Shown here piece by piece: positions 14,143-26,659 of a stretch of 64,000 nt of DNA (positions are counted from its first letter, which is position 1; each line of letters begins with the position of its first letter). Where the stretch lies: assembly GCF_006345805.1 (NCBI RefSeq), contig NC_043001.1:41478001-41542000 (forward strand), read 5' to 3'. This DNA comes from Octopus sinensis (lineage: Eukaryota). The notes beneath the pieces were generated by a model that saw nothing but the letters and a program-made list of their open reading frames with translations, was not told where the DNA came from and made no database searches. Made by a program: the position numbers and the translations under genes.

Positions 14143-15221
14143 ACATATTCTTAGTGCAATTTTTGAAGAGTGCAGTTCGCTTTTAACAGTTATTTCATCT
14201 TTTTTTAAAGCTATGATGGAAGTGACAAAGGGGCATATTTTGCTTTATGAGTTCAATAAAGGCAACAACGCAACGGAAAGTGCGAGGAATATTAATGCAG
14301 TATATGCGTATTGTACAATAAGTGTAAACCAGTGTCAACGGTGGTTCCAGAAATTCCGAGCCGGAAACTACAGCATAGAATACAAGCTTCGTCCTCAAAG
14401 ATCTGTAAAGCTCGACAAGGATGTCCTGCAAACCCTGGTGGAACAAAATCTCATCATAGCTGTTGAGGAACTAGCAGAGAAGCTTGGATTTGGACATTCA
14501 ACCATTCATCGACACTTGCATGCCATCGGAAAAGTCAGAAAAATGAGTCAATGGCTTCCTTGCAAACTTTCCTAATCTAATCGTGCGCTGAGAGAGAATG
14601 TGTGCTCTTGTTAGCTGTCACGTCTCATGAATGAATTTTTTTTTTTTATCGAAAAATGAGTTCTCTATAAAAATGTCAAGCGCTGAAGACAGTGGATAGG
14701 GAAAGGAGAAACAGGCTAAAGAAGGTCGCCATCCACGTAAAGTGTTGTTATCTGTTTGGTGGGATATGAAAGGTTTAGTCCCTTTTGAACATTTAAACAC
14801 AACTCAAATGATATCAAAAGAGATCTACTGCCAGCAGCTTGAGCGGCTTATGTGAGCGCTAGAAGAAAAAGCCACTATCTTTGGTTTCAAGACGAAAGGT
14901 GTTCTTCCATCAGGCTGATGCTCGGCCATATACAGCGAGGATGACATTCCAAAAGCTGGAGCAGTTTGAATGGGAAACGATGCCCCACCCACCATATTCG
15001 CCGGACATTGCCCCACCTGATTATTATTTATTCCAGTCTTCAAAATCATTTGGACGGAAAAAATATGAATTCTGTAGACGAGGTCAGAACAGTAATGGAG
15101 GAGTATTTTTCGTTACAGACAAGTGAATTTTGGCAGAGGGGACTTGCAAATCTATCGGATAGATGGAAGAGCATCGTAGAAAATGATGGAGAGTAATATT
15201 AGAAAAGAGCTTTGTTTATTT

Positions 15222-16032
15222 TAGTTCTAAAATCTCTCTAAGAGACCAACGCAGTAGTTTACTAACAAGTAATGATCGTAGCCACTTCAACATGGTTGTC
15301 GGTTCGAACAGACTTTACTGTAATTTTTTTAACCCCAAGAGGACATCTCCGCTAACTGGTTAATGATGCACAGCTGCATCCGAGATACTGCGAGCGTGGG
15401 AGCGAACCCCTACCACGTTCTAGCGTGGGGACCAGCAGACTAGCCTGGTTTCGTGCTATTCCTGCCTCTCTTCAGTACTGAATACCACGTCTGCTAGAGA
15501 TGGCAGCAGCTCGCTATATATATAATTTCAAGCGACATACAGTCGCTGATTTAGCAACAAGCAAAAATGCTAGTTCTAAAATCTCTCTAAGAGATGAATG
15601 CAGTAGTTTTACTAACAAGTAATGTTCATAGTCACTTCAACATAGCTGTCCGTTCAAACGGACTTTACTGCGAATTTTTAAGATGCACAGCTACATCTGA
15701 GATATTGCGAGCAGGGGAGCGATGGAGCCAGCAGACCAGCTAGGTTTCGGACTATTTCTGCCTCTTTTCTGTACTGGACACCTCGTCTGCTATAGATAGC
15801 AGTAATACATCTCTAGTAGACAAGGTGTCCAGTACTGAAGAGGCAAAAATATCCCAAAACCAGTAGTCTGCTAGTCCCGTCGCTAGAAGGTGGTAGGAGT
15901 TCGCTTCCCTGCTCGCAGTATCTCGGATGCAGCTGCACAGCTAGAGGAGATGTCCCCTTGGGGTTAAAAAATCACAGTAAAGTCCGTTCGAATGGACAGC
16001 CAAGTTGAAGTGGCTATGAACATTATTTGTTT
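15222..16032. repeat. Direct-plus-inverted repeat insert (two direct units, one inverted arm), each with an HHR-like motif
   Basis: Units start TAGTTCTAAAATCTCTCTAAGAGA at 15222 and 15571; hairpin centre ~15805-15810; possible duplication TTTGTTTAT(T/C)TTA at 15211-15223 / 16026-16038. Confidence 0.85.
15433..15480 (-). ncRNA. Type I hammerhead ribozyme motif, weak stem II
   Basis: cagta-CUGAAGA-gaggcaggaauagcac-GAAA-ccaggcua-GUC-ugcug; stem I 5 bp. Confidence 0.55.
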
Positions 16033-17052
16033 ATCTTAATTTTGAAAAATAAATGAAGTATTAAAAAACCGCATTATTCATGGGATGATCTAATATTATG
16101 TATCCAATACATTTGATATTGTCAATTATTACATCATGGATTTTATTGTTATGATATCTTCAAAAGGTTTTTACAATATCTTGTAGCTATTAGATGTCAT
16201 TCTAAGTGTAAAATATGAGTATGGAACAAAAACTGATTAAATACAAAAAAATAAGTAATCTATCTCACAATTGTTTTGCTCTTTTCTGTTGTGATTCCAT
16301 GCTTAATATTCTATATTTTACTATTTCACTGATAACTTGTGTCACCCACACCCACACACACATATTTATACATGATGCACAGATAAACAAAGTTAACAAA
16401 TTTTTGCGTTGCTCACCGCAAAAGGACGTTTTCTGATGTATAGTTCACTTATTAACTTCCCTTGGTTAGCTCTCAGTAAAGACAATCAAGCCACAACTAT
16501 TCCTTCTTTTTGTAAGACATAGCATATCTAGGAAGCTAAGACTGTATTATTCAATGTATCTCATTCCTTTACTAAGAGGGTAGGTGCAATTCTGAAGGAG
16601 ATTTGACTGATATTTCTAGTGGGTCGCATGACCACGTAGAACAGCAGTTCTTAGCGTTTTCCAAAGTTCGTATTCCTTCGACATTTGAAAATCAATCTCG
16701 CACCCTTGAGCAGGAGGCTAAAAAAAATCGAAATTACTAACAAAACCATTTACTACACTGGCAGTTGTTGCTTTTGCTCAGTTAAATTTGAGATGTCTGT
16801 CATTTTGTTCTGATAATGTTAAAGATGTCATGTTTGATTATCCAGACGATTTTGAAAGAACAAAAGTTGTATATAAATTGGCTATCAGTGACAGCAGCAG
16901 TATTTGTAACGAGTAATATTTAACACATCCAACTTAAATTTGATGTATTGTCAAGATTGCTTTTAAACTACTGTTAACGTCCAGAGATACCATCTGATGT
17001 CGCCAACACACGTTTGTTAAGCATTGACTGTATTGGCTAATGAAATGATTGT

Positions 17053-17319
17053 CTGCACTGGTAGACGACACTACCGTATCACGTGATTTCACCGTTCCTG
17101 TGGATCATCAGCGGCAGTCAAAAACGAAAATCATTCGAATTGATATAGTATGATAATGACCAAACAGCTCTTTGGAACAGCACTGGCTGTTTGGCTATTA
17201 TTATACCATATCGATTTGAGTGATTTTCATTCTGGCATTCAGCGCGTGGCTGGGCTGTGGCTGATGCTCCGCAGGGACTGTGAAATTACATGATACAGTA
17301 GTGCCATCCACTGGTGCAG
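17053..17319. repeat. Foldback element with ~115-130-bp diverged arms
   Basis: CTGCACTGGTAGACGACACTACCGTATCACGTGATTTCAC mirrored by GTGAAATTACATGATACAGTAGTGCCATCCACTGGTGCAG; centre 17169-17185. Confidence 0.85.
17071..17117 (-). ncRNA. Type I hammerhead ribozyme motif
   Basis: cugccg-CUGAUGA-ucc..ggu-GAAA-ucacguga-UA-cgguag; 6-bp stem I, palindromic stem III; U-U mismatch at base of stem II. Confidence 0.65.
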
Positions 17320-17450
17320 ATCATTTCGTCAGCCTATATAGGCGATGCTTAATGAGCACGTGTCGTCAACATGAAATAGTATCACTGTACGTTAATAGGA
17401 GTTTAAAGGCAATCTAGACAGTACGTCCAATTTAAGTTGGATGTGCTAAT

Positions 17451-17676
17451 TATTGGTTTCAGATTTTGGTACAAGGCTAGAAATTTCATGGAGTGGGGGT
17501 GGTTAAGTTGATTACATCAACCTCAATGTTCAATTGGTACTTATTTTATTGATCTCAAAAGGATGAAAAGCAAAGTTGATCGACCTCAGTGGAATTTGAA
17601 CTCAGAACGTGAAGACAGAAGAAATGCCGCTAAACATTTTGCCCGGCGCTAATGATTCCACCAGTTCACTGCCTTA
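17451..17676 (-). mobile_element. SINE family A, diverged
   Basis: GGATGAAAAGCAAAGTTGATCGACCTCAGTGGAATTTGAACTCAGAACG. Confidence 0.8.
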
Positions 17677-19033
17677 GGATGTACTAATTATTACAAGTTG
17701 TATATACTGTTAACTGAAACAAATTGGTAATGTTTCCTCATCTCACCAACTATTGGTTCTCGTACCTCTTCTGGGAGTGGGTGTGTCCCATGTCAAAATA
17801 CCATTGGTATAAAGGTTATCTTGTTCGAGGATAAATGCTACTCTTTTCCTTGTCTCTTATAAAACTGCTCAGGAGGACTGAAAACTGAAAGAAGCAGTGT
17901 CCAAAGTTTCATCGAGGATATTTCTTTTATAATGGAAACAGAAATCATCACGGCTTAACCAGATAAGTCAAATTATGAAGTATCTCTAGACTAGAGGCCA
18001 ATAAAGCAGATAACATATATTAATGGAAGTACAAACTTAAATACAGTAAAGATTTGGGTGTATTAAGCAACGAGCAGAATATTTTGCAACATTTAATTAA
18101 TATGCCTAAGCTGACATGAGAATGAATTGTCTATTCAAATCATTTATAACAAAAGATATTTCTTTCTAAATTTTTTTTCTTTTATTTTTCAAGCTAGTAC
18201 AGAAAATACCCTATCAAATGGACTGAAATTGGTTCAAGAATATAACAGTTTAGACATTTGGAAGTACTACTTTTTCCTTCGATCAATTAAAATTTGGAGG
18301 GGTTTGGGGGGATGGGTGGGGATATCTCATGTTGTTTAGCTCCAACACAAATTTTATATCGAGTTGAATAACATAGATCTACCTTCTTTTATAAAATATA
18401 TTGGTTAGTGATAAATATAAATTCCGTTAATAAATAAAATGCACTAATTGAATTACTTAACATATTTTGTATTTCGTGTGGCAAATAAAGTCACCAGAAG
18501 TTGTGCTACTTTTACAATCATATATATATATAAATACATGTTAGTATTTTCAATTTTAAAAAATCATTATATTTGTATTTACGAAGAACTCCTGGCATTT
18601 ACAATGTATTATTTTACTTGACTTAATTTAGTGCAAGTTGTTCTTGTCTGGATTACGTATGAGAATAATTCAAATTTTCTAATTACCCCAAATGGTGACC
18701 AAGAATGCTTTATTTTAATTATAATATAAAAAAATATCAAATTCCACTTCAATGTCTCTTCCCTATCCCGAATCAGCTTTTAAAAAAGTAAACCAAAATT
18801 AGGGTCTTGAAGCAGTTGAAACCTATAAATATCAACTAAACAATATAATTCACAACAAAATTGGGTCAGCTCTATTGAACATCAAATAAGTTACAAATAC
18901 CAAGACACTAAACTTTTAACTGAATAAATATGTGAGTCAAAATATCAAACACACCTGTGACTGACGAAGCAAAGGGGGCCGATTTTACTTTTACTGGCCA
19001 GGTGAAGCTAATAAATAATAATATTACAATGAG

Positions 19034-19244
19034 AAGTGGCGAGCTGGCAGAAACGTTAGCATGCCGGGCGAAATGCTTAGCGGTATTTTGTCTGTCTTTA
19101 CGTTCTGAGTTCAAATTCTGCTGAGGTCGACTTTGCTTTTCATCCTTTCGGGGTCGATAAATTAAGTACCAGTTGCATACTGGGGTCGATCTAATCGACT
19201 GACTCCCTCCCCCAAAATTTCAGGCCTTGTGCCTAGAGTAGAAA
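19034..19244 (+). mobile_element. SINE family A
   Basis: GGCGAGCTGGCAGAAACGTTAGC...GAGTTCAAATTC...TTTCATCCTTTCGGGGTCGATAAATTAAGTACCAG. Confidence 0.85.
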
Positions 19245-19719
19245 TGACTATATTACAATGAATGCTCATGGGTTCAACGCTAGTTCATCAAAGAGGATGG
19301 TCAGAGAATATACAGCCAAGGAAATATAAAATGAATAAATGAGGCAACAAAGAATCTGCTTGAAACAGCAACGATATCTCCTTCAAACTACACTCTACTG
19401 TCTTAAAGGCAAAAGAACACACTGGAAAATATGGTCCAAGATTAGCTAAGTTTTTGAAAGAAAATAGAATGATTATGGTTGAAATTCTTATGATAAATAA
19501 GTCTACTTATATCACAGACTAAATAATAAACAAAAAATAACATGAATAAAAATTAAAAACAATGTTGGTTCGAACAAACTTTTATGAAATTTTTCATCTT
19601 GAATGGAAATTATTTCTTGTAGAAAGGTGGGAAGGAGAGATGAGATTAATAATTTGAATTTGGATCATTAAAACGTTCTTGAATTTGATGTATGATTCTA
19701 ATATTTAAATATTTGTTTT

Positions 19720-19935
19720 AAAGCAGCGAGCTGACAGAGATGTTATCACTCCAGACAAGATGCTTAGCGGCATTTTGTATGTCTTTACGTTGAGTTCAAA
19801 TTCTGCCAAAGTCCACTTTGCCTTTCATCCTTTCAGGATTGATAAAATAAGTACCGGTTTGAGCACTGAGGTCGATGTAATTGACTAACTCCTTCCCTAA
19901 AATTGCTGGTCTTGTGCTAAAATTTGAAACTAATA
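19720..19935 (+). mobile_element. SINE family A, diverged
   Basis: Same head, B box and core as 19034-19244. Confidence 0.8.
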
Positions 19936-19996
19936 TCTAAATATTTGTTTCGTCCCTGTGATTTTAATCACAAACTCCTCATTGTAAACACCATCA

Positions 19997-20160
19997 TAAG
20001 GCAGCGAAATAGCAGAGTCATAACAGCAATAGAAAGAATGCTTCATAGTATTTGTTGCAATTTTCTTAGCTCTGAATTCAAATCCCGCCGTGGTTAATTG
20101 TTGTCTTTCATCATTTAAGTACCGACAAATAAAGTATCGATTCAAGGTAGTGGATTTAGT
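19997..20160 (+). mobile_element. SINE family A, highly diverged
   Basis: TAAGGCAGCGAAATAGCAGA...GAATTCAAATCCCGCCG...CTTTCATC. Confidence 0.55.
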
Positions 20161-22130
20161 GGAACCATTAGAGGCTCAGGTTAGATGCGAAAATAATGCC
20201 GGCAAAGACACTAATACCAAACTGCATCGACTCCATTCGACGGCCTTTTAATTGGATAAATACTGGTGGCGTGGAGAGAGAGAAATCACATGCACATACT
20301 AATGTCAGTTTTCCTCAAAATTTCTTGCCCAGGTAGGCACATGCAGATGCATGGATAACTTTGACCGGTGGAGACCCTATATATATGCAAACATCATGGC
20401 AATATTAAACTGTACGAAAACAAATAATTTATTAAGAAAGAAACATTTACCGAATGTTAGCTACTTTTGAATCATTAAGTTAAAAGCTGTGGTTGGTAGA
20501 TTGTTTGATGTGACCATCTTTTTCTTTCCTAAATAAAATAATGTTAGGAATTTCTTATAAGCAATAATGAATTTGAGTTTTTGCGCAAGTATAATTTTGT
20601 TTATAGAGGTCAGACATTAATACAAGAAAATTAAGAACGTAATACAGAAAAGCATTGCTATTAATTTTCTTGATCTGTGATTTATTGCTCCACAACCTCT
20701 AAATCTAAGCTGATGACTTTGAAGTAGTGACAAATTATATAAAAGAAATAAACTGACTGGCTTTGTCGGAAATTAACAGCTATATGCAGTGTGTACAGGA
20801 AACTCTTGAGGTGAAGAATGCTTTAAGCTATTATGCAGAGTAAAACTGTAGATGTAAAACAGATTTTTTTTTATAAATGCATAATGCTTAATCTTAAAAA
20901 TTAATAATCAAATATAATTAGAAAATTTTTAGCACTAACATTTTTATTCGAAGTGGTAAGATTCTTTTTCATTAAATAAAATTTACTCAGAAAAGAGGAA
21001 AATACGAAAAACAAAAAAATTGCGAAATCTTTCATTTAATATGTAACTACTACAACTGAAACATTTTATAAAGTACAATTTTAAATTACGTAGTAGACAT
21101 TTCCATTATTGAAGTGAAGAAATTCACAGGGAAAATATTTATAGACAAATTCAATATTCAAAGAGAATTTTGTTTTGAACAAGCTTATAAATATATTCTC
21201 AAGTTTGCAATTTAAAAGATACCTTGCATCTTTACAATGAAATAACATCTGGATTTCAAATACTAAAGGAAAAGGAGTACTTGAATAAAAGTTGAAATGA
21301 TAGATAGGAAAATTTCATCTGAATTTGACGAATAAGAGACTGATTTAGGTATTCTCAGGAAAATGAATATATAAACTATAAAGGAGACATTACATCAAAG
21401 AAAAGTTTTGTTCAAGTGAAATATACAGCAGCGCCATTTCCGTTTTGTAACACGATGTTTTGACCAATCAGAGATTACTAGTCTGTAGAGCCTACTTTTT
21501 CTATAAAGGCAATGGAAAAGTTAATCCCTCTCTTTCTTTCTCTCACTCTCTCTCTCTCTCTCTCTCTCTATCTATTTCTATCTCTATCTCTCTCTGTTTA
21601 TATCTGTCTGTCCGTCTCTGTTTACTTGCCATTTTTGATTTTTATTGGCAGCAGTTATGTGCCAGATATTATTTTGTTCTCTCTCTTGAAAGCAGTTGAT
21701 GTCTACCTCGGCCTAACCTCTACAGTGGTTCTGCCAATAAATGTACGTGCATCTAACTGACATTTCCTCGTGTTGGCTATTTACCTGCTTCAACACAAAT
21801 TATTCTATTAACTGCAACATTTTCTAGATACATTAATTGACTTGATAAAACAGAACAACTCTTGTGTATATTCTCGAACACATTCATGCAAACTTGATGA
21901 TTCAAATCAATAATCTAAAATTTTCTATATTTGAATCCTATAGTTAATCTGTAATGTCAAAACAGGTGCTGTGGAATTACTGTTGCATCATTTTACCAGC
22001 AATATCCAATGAAATCTATTTTTCTCTGTTGATATTTAAATGAAAAATCATCTACAGCTTATTTTCGATGTCATATCTAGTAACTAAAAATCTTTGAAAT
22101 TCTTGTTTATACATATATAAAGAATCAGAC

Positions 22131-22440
22131 GTAAAGGCACATGGCTTAGTGGTTAGGGAGTTTGGCAGATGATTGTAAGGTTGTGAGTTCAATTCCCAGC
22201 GACATGTCATGTACTTGAGCAAGATACTTTATTTCGCGTTGCTCCTGGCAAAAATGAGTAGTAACTGTATTTCAAAGGGCCAGCCTTGTCACACACACTC
22301 AGTGTTACTCTGGATCTCCCTGAGAACCATGTTATGGGTACATGTGTCTGTGGGGTCCTCAGTCACATAGATGTTAATTTCACAAACAGGTTGTCCTGTT
22401 GATCGGATCAACTGGAACCCTTGTCGTCATAACCGACAGA
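22131..22440 (+). mobile_element. tRNA-derived SINE, family C-related
   Basis: GGCACATGGCTTAGTGGTTAG...GAGTTCAATTCCC...CTTGAGCAAGATACTTT. Confidence 0.7.
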
Positions 22441-22659
22441 AAGAAATGAACAGTGATAACTCGAAGCCAACTTAAATTATGAAGTACTTAAATCTAGAAT
22501 CAATGTAAATAACGATACTCAACTATTGCACTTAAATAAGGTTTAAAATTTAGTGCCAGAGGAATAATGAGGTTATTGTTTCGGAATGTATTGCTCACAA
22601 CTTTGTAATGACAATCGTAGCTATAGATTTTAGGAGAGGTGTAAAATTCATTGCAAAAA

Positions 22660-22820
22660 AAAATTAGAATCCACCCTAGTACTCAACCGGTACTTATTTT
22701 ATAGACCCTGAAAGAATAAAGTCAAGCATGGGGGAATTTGAACTCAGAATGTAGAGACGGACGAAACACCGCTAAACATTTTGCCTGGTGCTGTAACAAG
22801 TCTGCTGGTTCCCTTCCTTT
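22660..22820 (-). mobile_element. SINE family A, diverged
   Basis: GGTACTTATTTTATAGACCCTGAAAG...GGAATTTGAACTCAGAATG. Confidence 0.7.
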
Positions 22821-23051
22821 AATATATTCCTGCCAACATTTTTAACACATCGTGTCTAGGTCCAGTGATGCGGGAATGCTTTCTGAATTAAAATTAGTAA
22901 AATAACACAATGCTCAACCATAATGTAATGTTTAACAATAAGATGAATGGGGCTGTTACCTTATTAAAGATGAGATGAATGAAAAATACAGTCATTCGTT
23001 TTCAATGTATTATCTGTTTATTGTTAAGACAATGTTTTGTATAAAACAATC

Positions 23052-23152
23052 AGCTCAAAGCTATAATAGAAGACATTTGCCCAAGATGCCATGCAGTGGG
23101 ACTGAACCCTGAGGTTGGGAAGCAAGCTTCTTACCACACAGCCAAGCCTGCT
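23052..23152 (-). mobile_element. SINE family B 5' fragment
   Basis: TTGCCCAAGATGCCATGCAGTGGGACTGAACCC...CTTACCACACAGCC. Confidence 0.65.
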
Positions 23153-23381
23153 TCTTAAGTAGAAAAGAACCCACATTCCAGATTCAAATAGAGGTGGTGA
23201 TCTGCTACAAATGGTGTATTTTTATTCAATAATAGATTATAAATTTTATGAAAACTTGGAGTTGATGCAAAATCATTGATTCATTTCTTTTGATACAGTT
23301 AGTTTTATAATATAGGCCTGTATACATAACTCAATTGTCAGAATCTTTCATTAGAAGATAAACCCCTGATAGTTGACTATG

Positions 23382-23605
23382 TTAACTCTTTGGCATTTAA
23401 ACTGGCCATACATGGCCCAAATATTCTAATCGTTTTATGCTTGAACTAGCCTGAGCCTGTTTTTCCCTCTATGTAATGTCATTCTAAAAATAGGCAATCA
23501 CATCATCAATATCTCAAATCTATGAGATAACGCATGATTAATTCAAAACAATGTGAATAAATAAGCATTACATTTGATAGAGTAATTTGACTGCTAAAGG
23601 GTTAA
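23382..23605. mobile_element. piggyBac-like MITE
   Basis: TTAA-CTCTTTGGCA ... TGCTAAAGGG-TTAA: TTAA on both sides and short imperfect TIRs. Confidence 0.65.
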
Positions 23606-24139
23606 AGGAAATAGGCTGAGAGATGAAAATCAAACTTGACAAAGATGGCAGTCGGATAAAAATATTGTAAAGCATACCAGCCTTCGCACGTTGTCTGTAA
23701 TCAAAATGAAAGTCAGGATGCCAACAAGGAAGTATCTATTCGGTTACTTGACCTGCCAGGAATAACAACTATATTTCCTTGCAAATCATACACTACCATC
23801 TTAATAAAATGAGAATGAACTAATTAATGCAGTCCTAAATGCACTACACTGGCAAAGAATGTGATGGCCATAGCTGGAAAGTCTTTGGTCATAAAATTGT
23901 TCAATCAGCACTGAATAAAAACAATAGCATGTGAACTTTGACCTGAATGAAAACAGATGAATTCTGGTTTGTGTGTGAAGCATATTGATCTGGTATCATA
24001 GTAAATGAAGCAATATAAATTAAAGTTTTGAATTGCCAGAAGCAGGGTTGAATAAATGACCTATCATCAATAAATTATCATCTAGATTATTTGCTTCATA
24101 GTTAATTGAATTAATACAGTATGTTATTAATTATCTTCT

Positions 24140-25260
24140 CGAAAACGAAGTTACTGTTGTTGTTCGGACCCCAAGTCAACTCTGATCCAGCAGACCTGTG
24201 AATAAAAGCATTTTAACTATAATTATGCCGTCATTTGAATAACTGAACTTCATTGTCCAATGTGAATTACCATTTTCAATCGGGTAGAGTGAGATTTGAG
24301 GAAGATTTGGTTGCTATTTCCAACAGATCAAGCAATTTATTAAAAGTAAGAGGCGCCTTCATTGTTGACTTGAAGCAAAGTTGGATTCTTACTCCGAATG
24401 TTGCTGCAAAGTATTTTGACCGACACTAAGTAGATTACAAAAACTAAATATTGTAAATCATTTAGCATCCCCATCAGATCTTTTCAAGCTGACCGACAGA
24501 TTTTTTAATTAATTCTTTTTAACTAAACACTTTGAAACTTCAGATACTGGTAGAATGTGTCACATAGAAAAAATAATGCAAGTTTATTATTATTTTATAA
24601 GGAATCCCAATATTTGGAATATGGATATTTGCTATCTTTTATTCTTTTGACTTTTCTTTAACTTTAGCTGCTTCATCATTCAGTGAAGAATATTGTTTTA
24701 ACCACAGGATAGCTCTGATTGTAATGGATCTGTGAGAAAAGGGTGTTCCAGCCATGACCATTTTGTCTTATTCTTTTCTAGAAGTAATGAATTCCTAAGC
24801 GAACATTATAAAATAATATAAACTTGCATTATTTTTTTTTTCTTGAAGATGGAAATTTCATTTTTTCTTTTTGTCAGGAAGATTTGATTGCTCTTTCTAG
24901 CAACTCGAGCGACCAGGTAAAGGCTCTCTCGTTGCCTTGTCTCGTTCCCTTCTTCACTTGTTGTTTAGCCCCGACTTGGATCTGATTGAACAGATATGAT
25001 CAAAGACGTCCCAGCTGTGACCATTCTGTTTTTCTACCCAGACATAATGGACTCTACGTGTATATCACAGGATAGAGGTTTTTCTATTCTGTATATAAAA
25101 AAAAGTTTGGCTACTTTTGCTAGCAGGTCATGCAACCACATACAGGCTCTGTCGTTGGTCTGTCTCAGTAATAATTTTGTTGTTATTTAGCCTCAAATCA
25201 ACCCTGATACAGCAAACCTATGTTGCTATAAAAGCATCTCTGGCTATTAAAGAAGGGTTT
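24140..25260 (+). repeat. Three diverged copies of an old dispersed repeat (GGAGATTTGGCTGCTATTTCTAGC motif)
   Basis: Motif at ~24300, ~24880, ~25110; other copies near 2580, 16600, 19370, 23760, 29990; class undetermined. Confidence 0.55.
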
Positions 25261-25369
25261 TGTTAGGGGAGTGAACCCAGAATTGTTGTTCACAAACAGC
25301 AGCAGTAATTTTCTTCAGCTGAATATATGTCATTGATTGGCTAAAATTACCCAAATACGACAACTTTAA

Positions 25370-26520
25370 CACGAAATAACTTCTAAAATACAAAATTTTG
25401 TCAAAAACGTTAAGAGTAAGCCCTGTTCAATGTGACGCATTCTACCAGTTTTCAAAGTTTCAAAGTGTTTAGTTAAAAAAAAAAAATAATTAAAAAATTT
25501 GTCAGTCAGATTGAAAAGATCCCACAAATTAGCAAAAATTTTCCGAAAATTCTCCCCAAAAAGCAAAAAAAAAATAATGAGGGGTTATATGGGGTGCTTA
25601 AACCCAAATTCAGCCGATATTATAATAATATCTTATATTGTGTTTGCGTCTGTTCATTGTGGTATATAACACACAGTCAAAACAGTAACATGTAACATAA
25701 CATTGAATCAGCGACATTGGTGACAACATACCATGTCAGCGCGATATGCGTTCCTTGATTTTACTCATTTTTACTGTTATTATCTGTTTACTTCAGTAAA
25801 CTGTATTCTCTGGCAGTTTTATTATTAAATGCTGTTGAAAAATAAAATGCTTCAGATTTGACAGTGTACAACTTATAGGTGGCAATTTGATAAATTGCAG
25901 ACACATTCTACCAATATCTAAAGTTTCAAAGTGCTTACTTTAAAAAAATTAATTTATAAAATCTGTCGATCAGATAGATTGAAAAGATCCAATTTGTGTC
26001 CTACACACAGGAATTCATGTGATTATGAAAAAAAAATTTTGTGTGTGATTTAAGGGCAATTTAGCTATTATTTTTAGCACTTCTCAAGAACTACTTGATA
26101 CCTTTTTTTAGTCACAGACATGTATGATGTTTTTCAATTTTTTCTCCCCATAAACGCATTTAAATGGAATGATGATACCACAAAGAGTGCTCCATTGCTG
26201 GGATTTAAGCAAAAATTTCAGACTGTTCAAATTTTAAACTTTGATTTTAAGATTTATGGGGGAATGGGAATTTTAATAATTAGAAAAGAAATTGTTTTCA
26301 TAATCTTATAAATTCTCACGTGTAGAACACAAATCCACCCCTGCCATTCAAAATATTCAGAAAATTCCACAAAATAAAAAGTTATGAGGGGTTATATGGG
26401 TTTGCTTAAACCAAAATTCCATCATAATATCAGGTTGAGCAAAAAGTAAATGTTTGGAACCATGAAGAATTTGTACCGGATTTTTGCAGAGTTTTGAATT
26501 TCTTTAAAACATTTTTCTTT
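25370..26520. repeat. Fragments of an unclassified non-autonomous DNA-element family
   Basis: Shared blocks GAAATAACTTCTAAAATA..AAATTTTGTCAAAAA, GATTGAAAAGATCC, ATGAGGGGTTATATGGG..TGCTTAAACC; also at 24470-24640 and 30060-30660. Confidence 0.45.
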
Positions 26521-26659
26521 TGCAATTTTCTGATAATCCAGACATAGACTTGCCCAAATGCATCAATAAATTGATATTGATATTTTTTTCACTGTTGCTC
26601 CAATCACCTTGTACGTTACGCTCCAATCACCCTCTATATTACACCTTATGGCAGAATAA

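Larger units (their letters stand above)
12111..16095 (+). mobile_element. Mariner (DD34D) transposon interrupted by two nested insertions
   Basis: TIRs GGTCATCCCATAAATAATGCGGTT (12116-12139) and AACCGCATTATTCATGGGATGATCTAATA (16067-16095); frameshifted transposase 14213-15196 with HTH, LSVWWDMKG, and HPPYSPDIAPPDYYLF. Confidence 0.9.
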
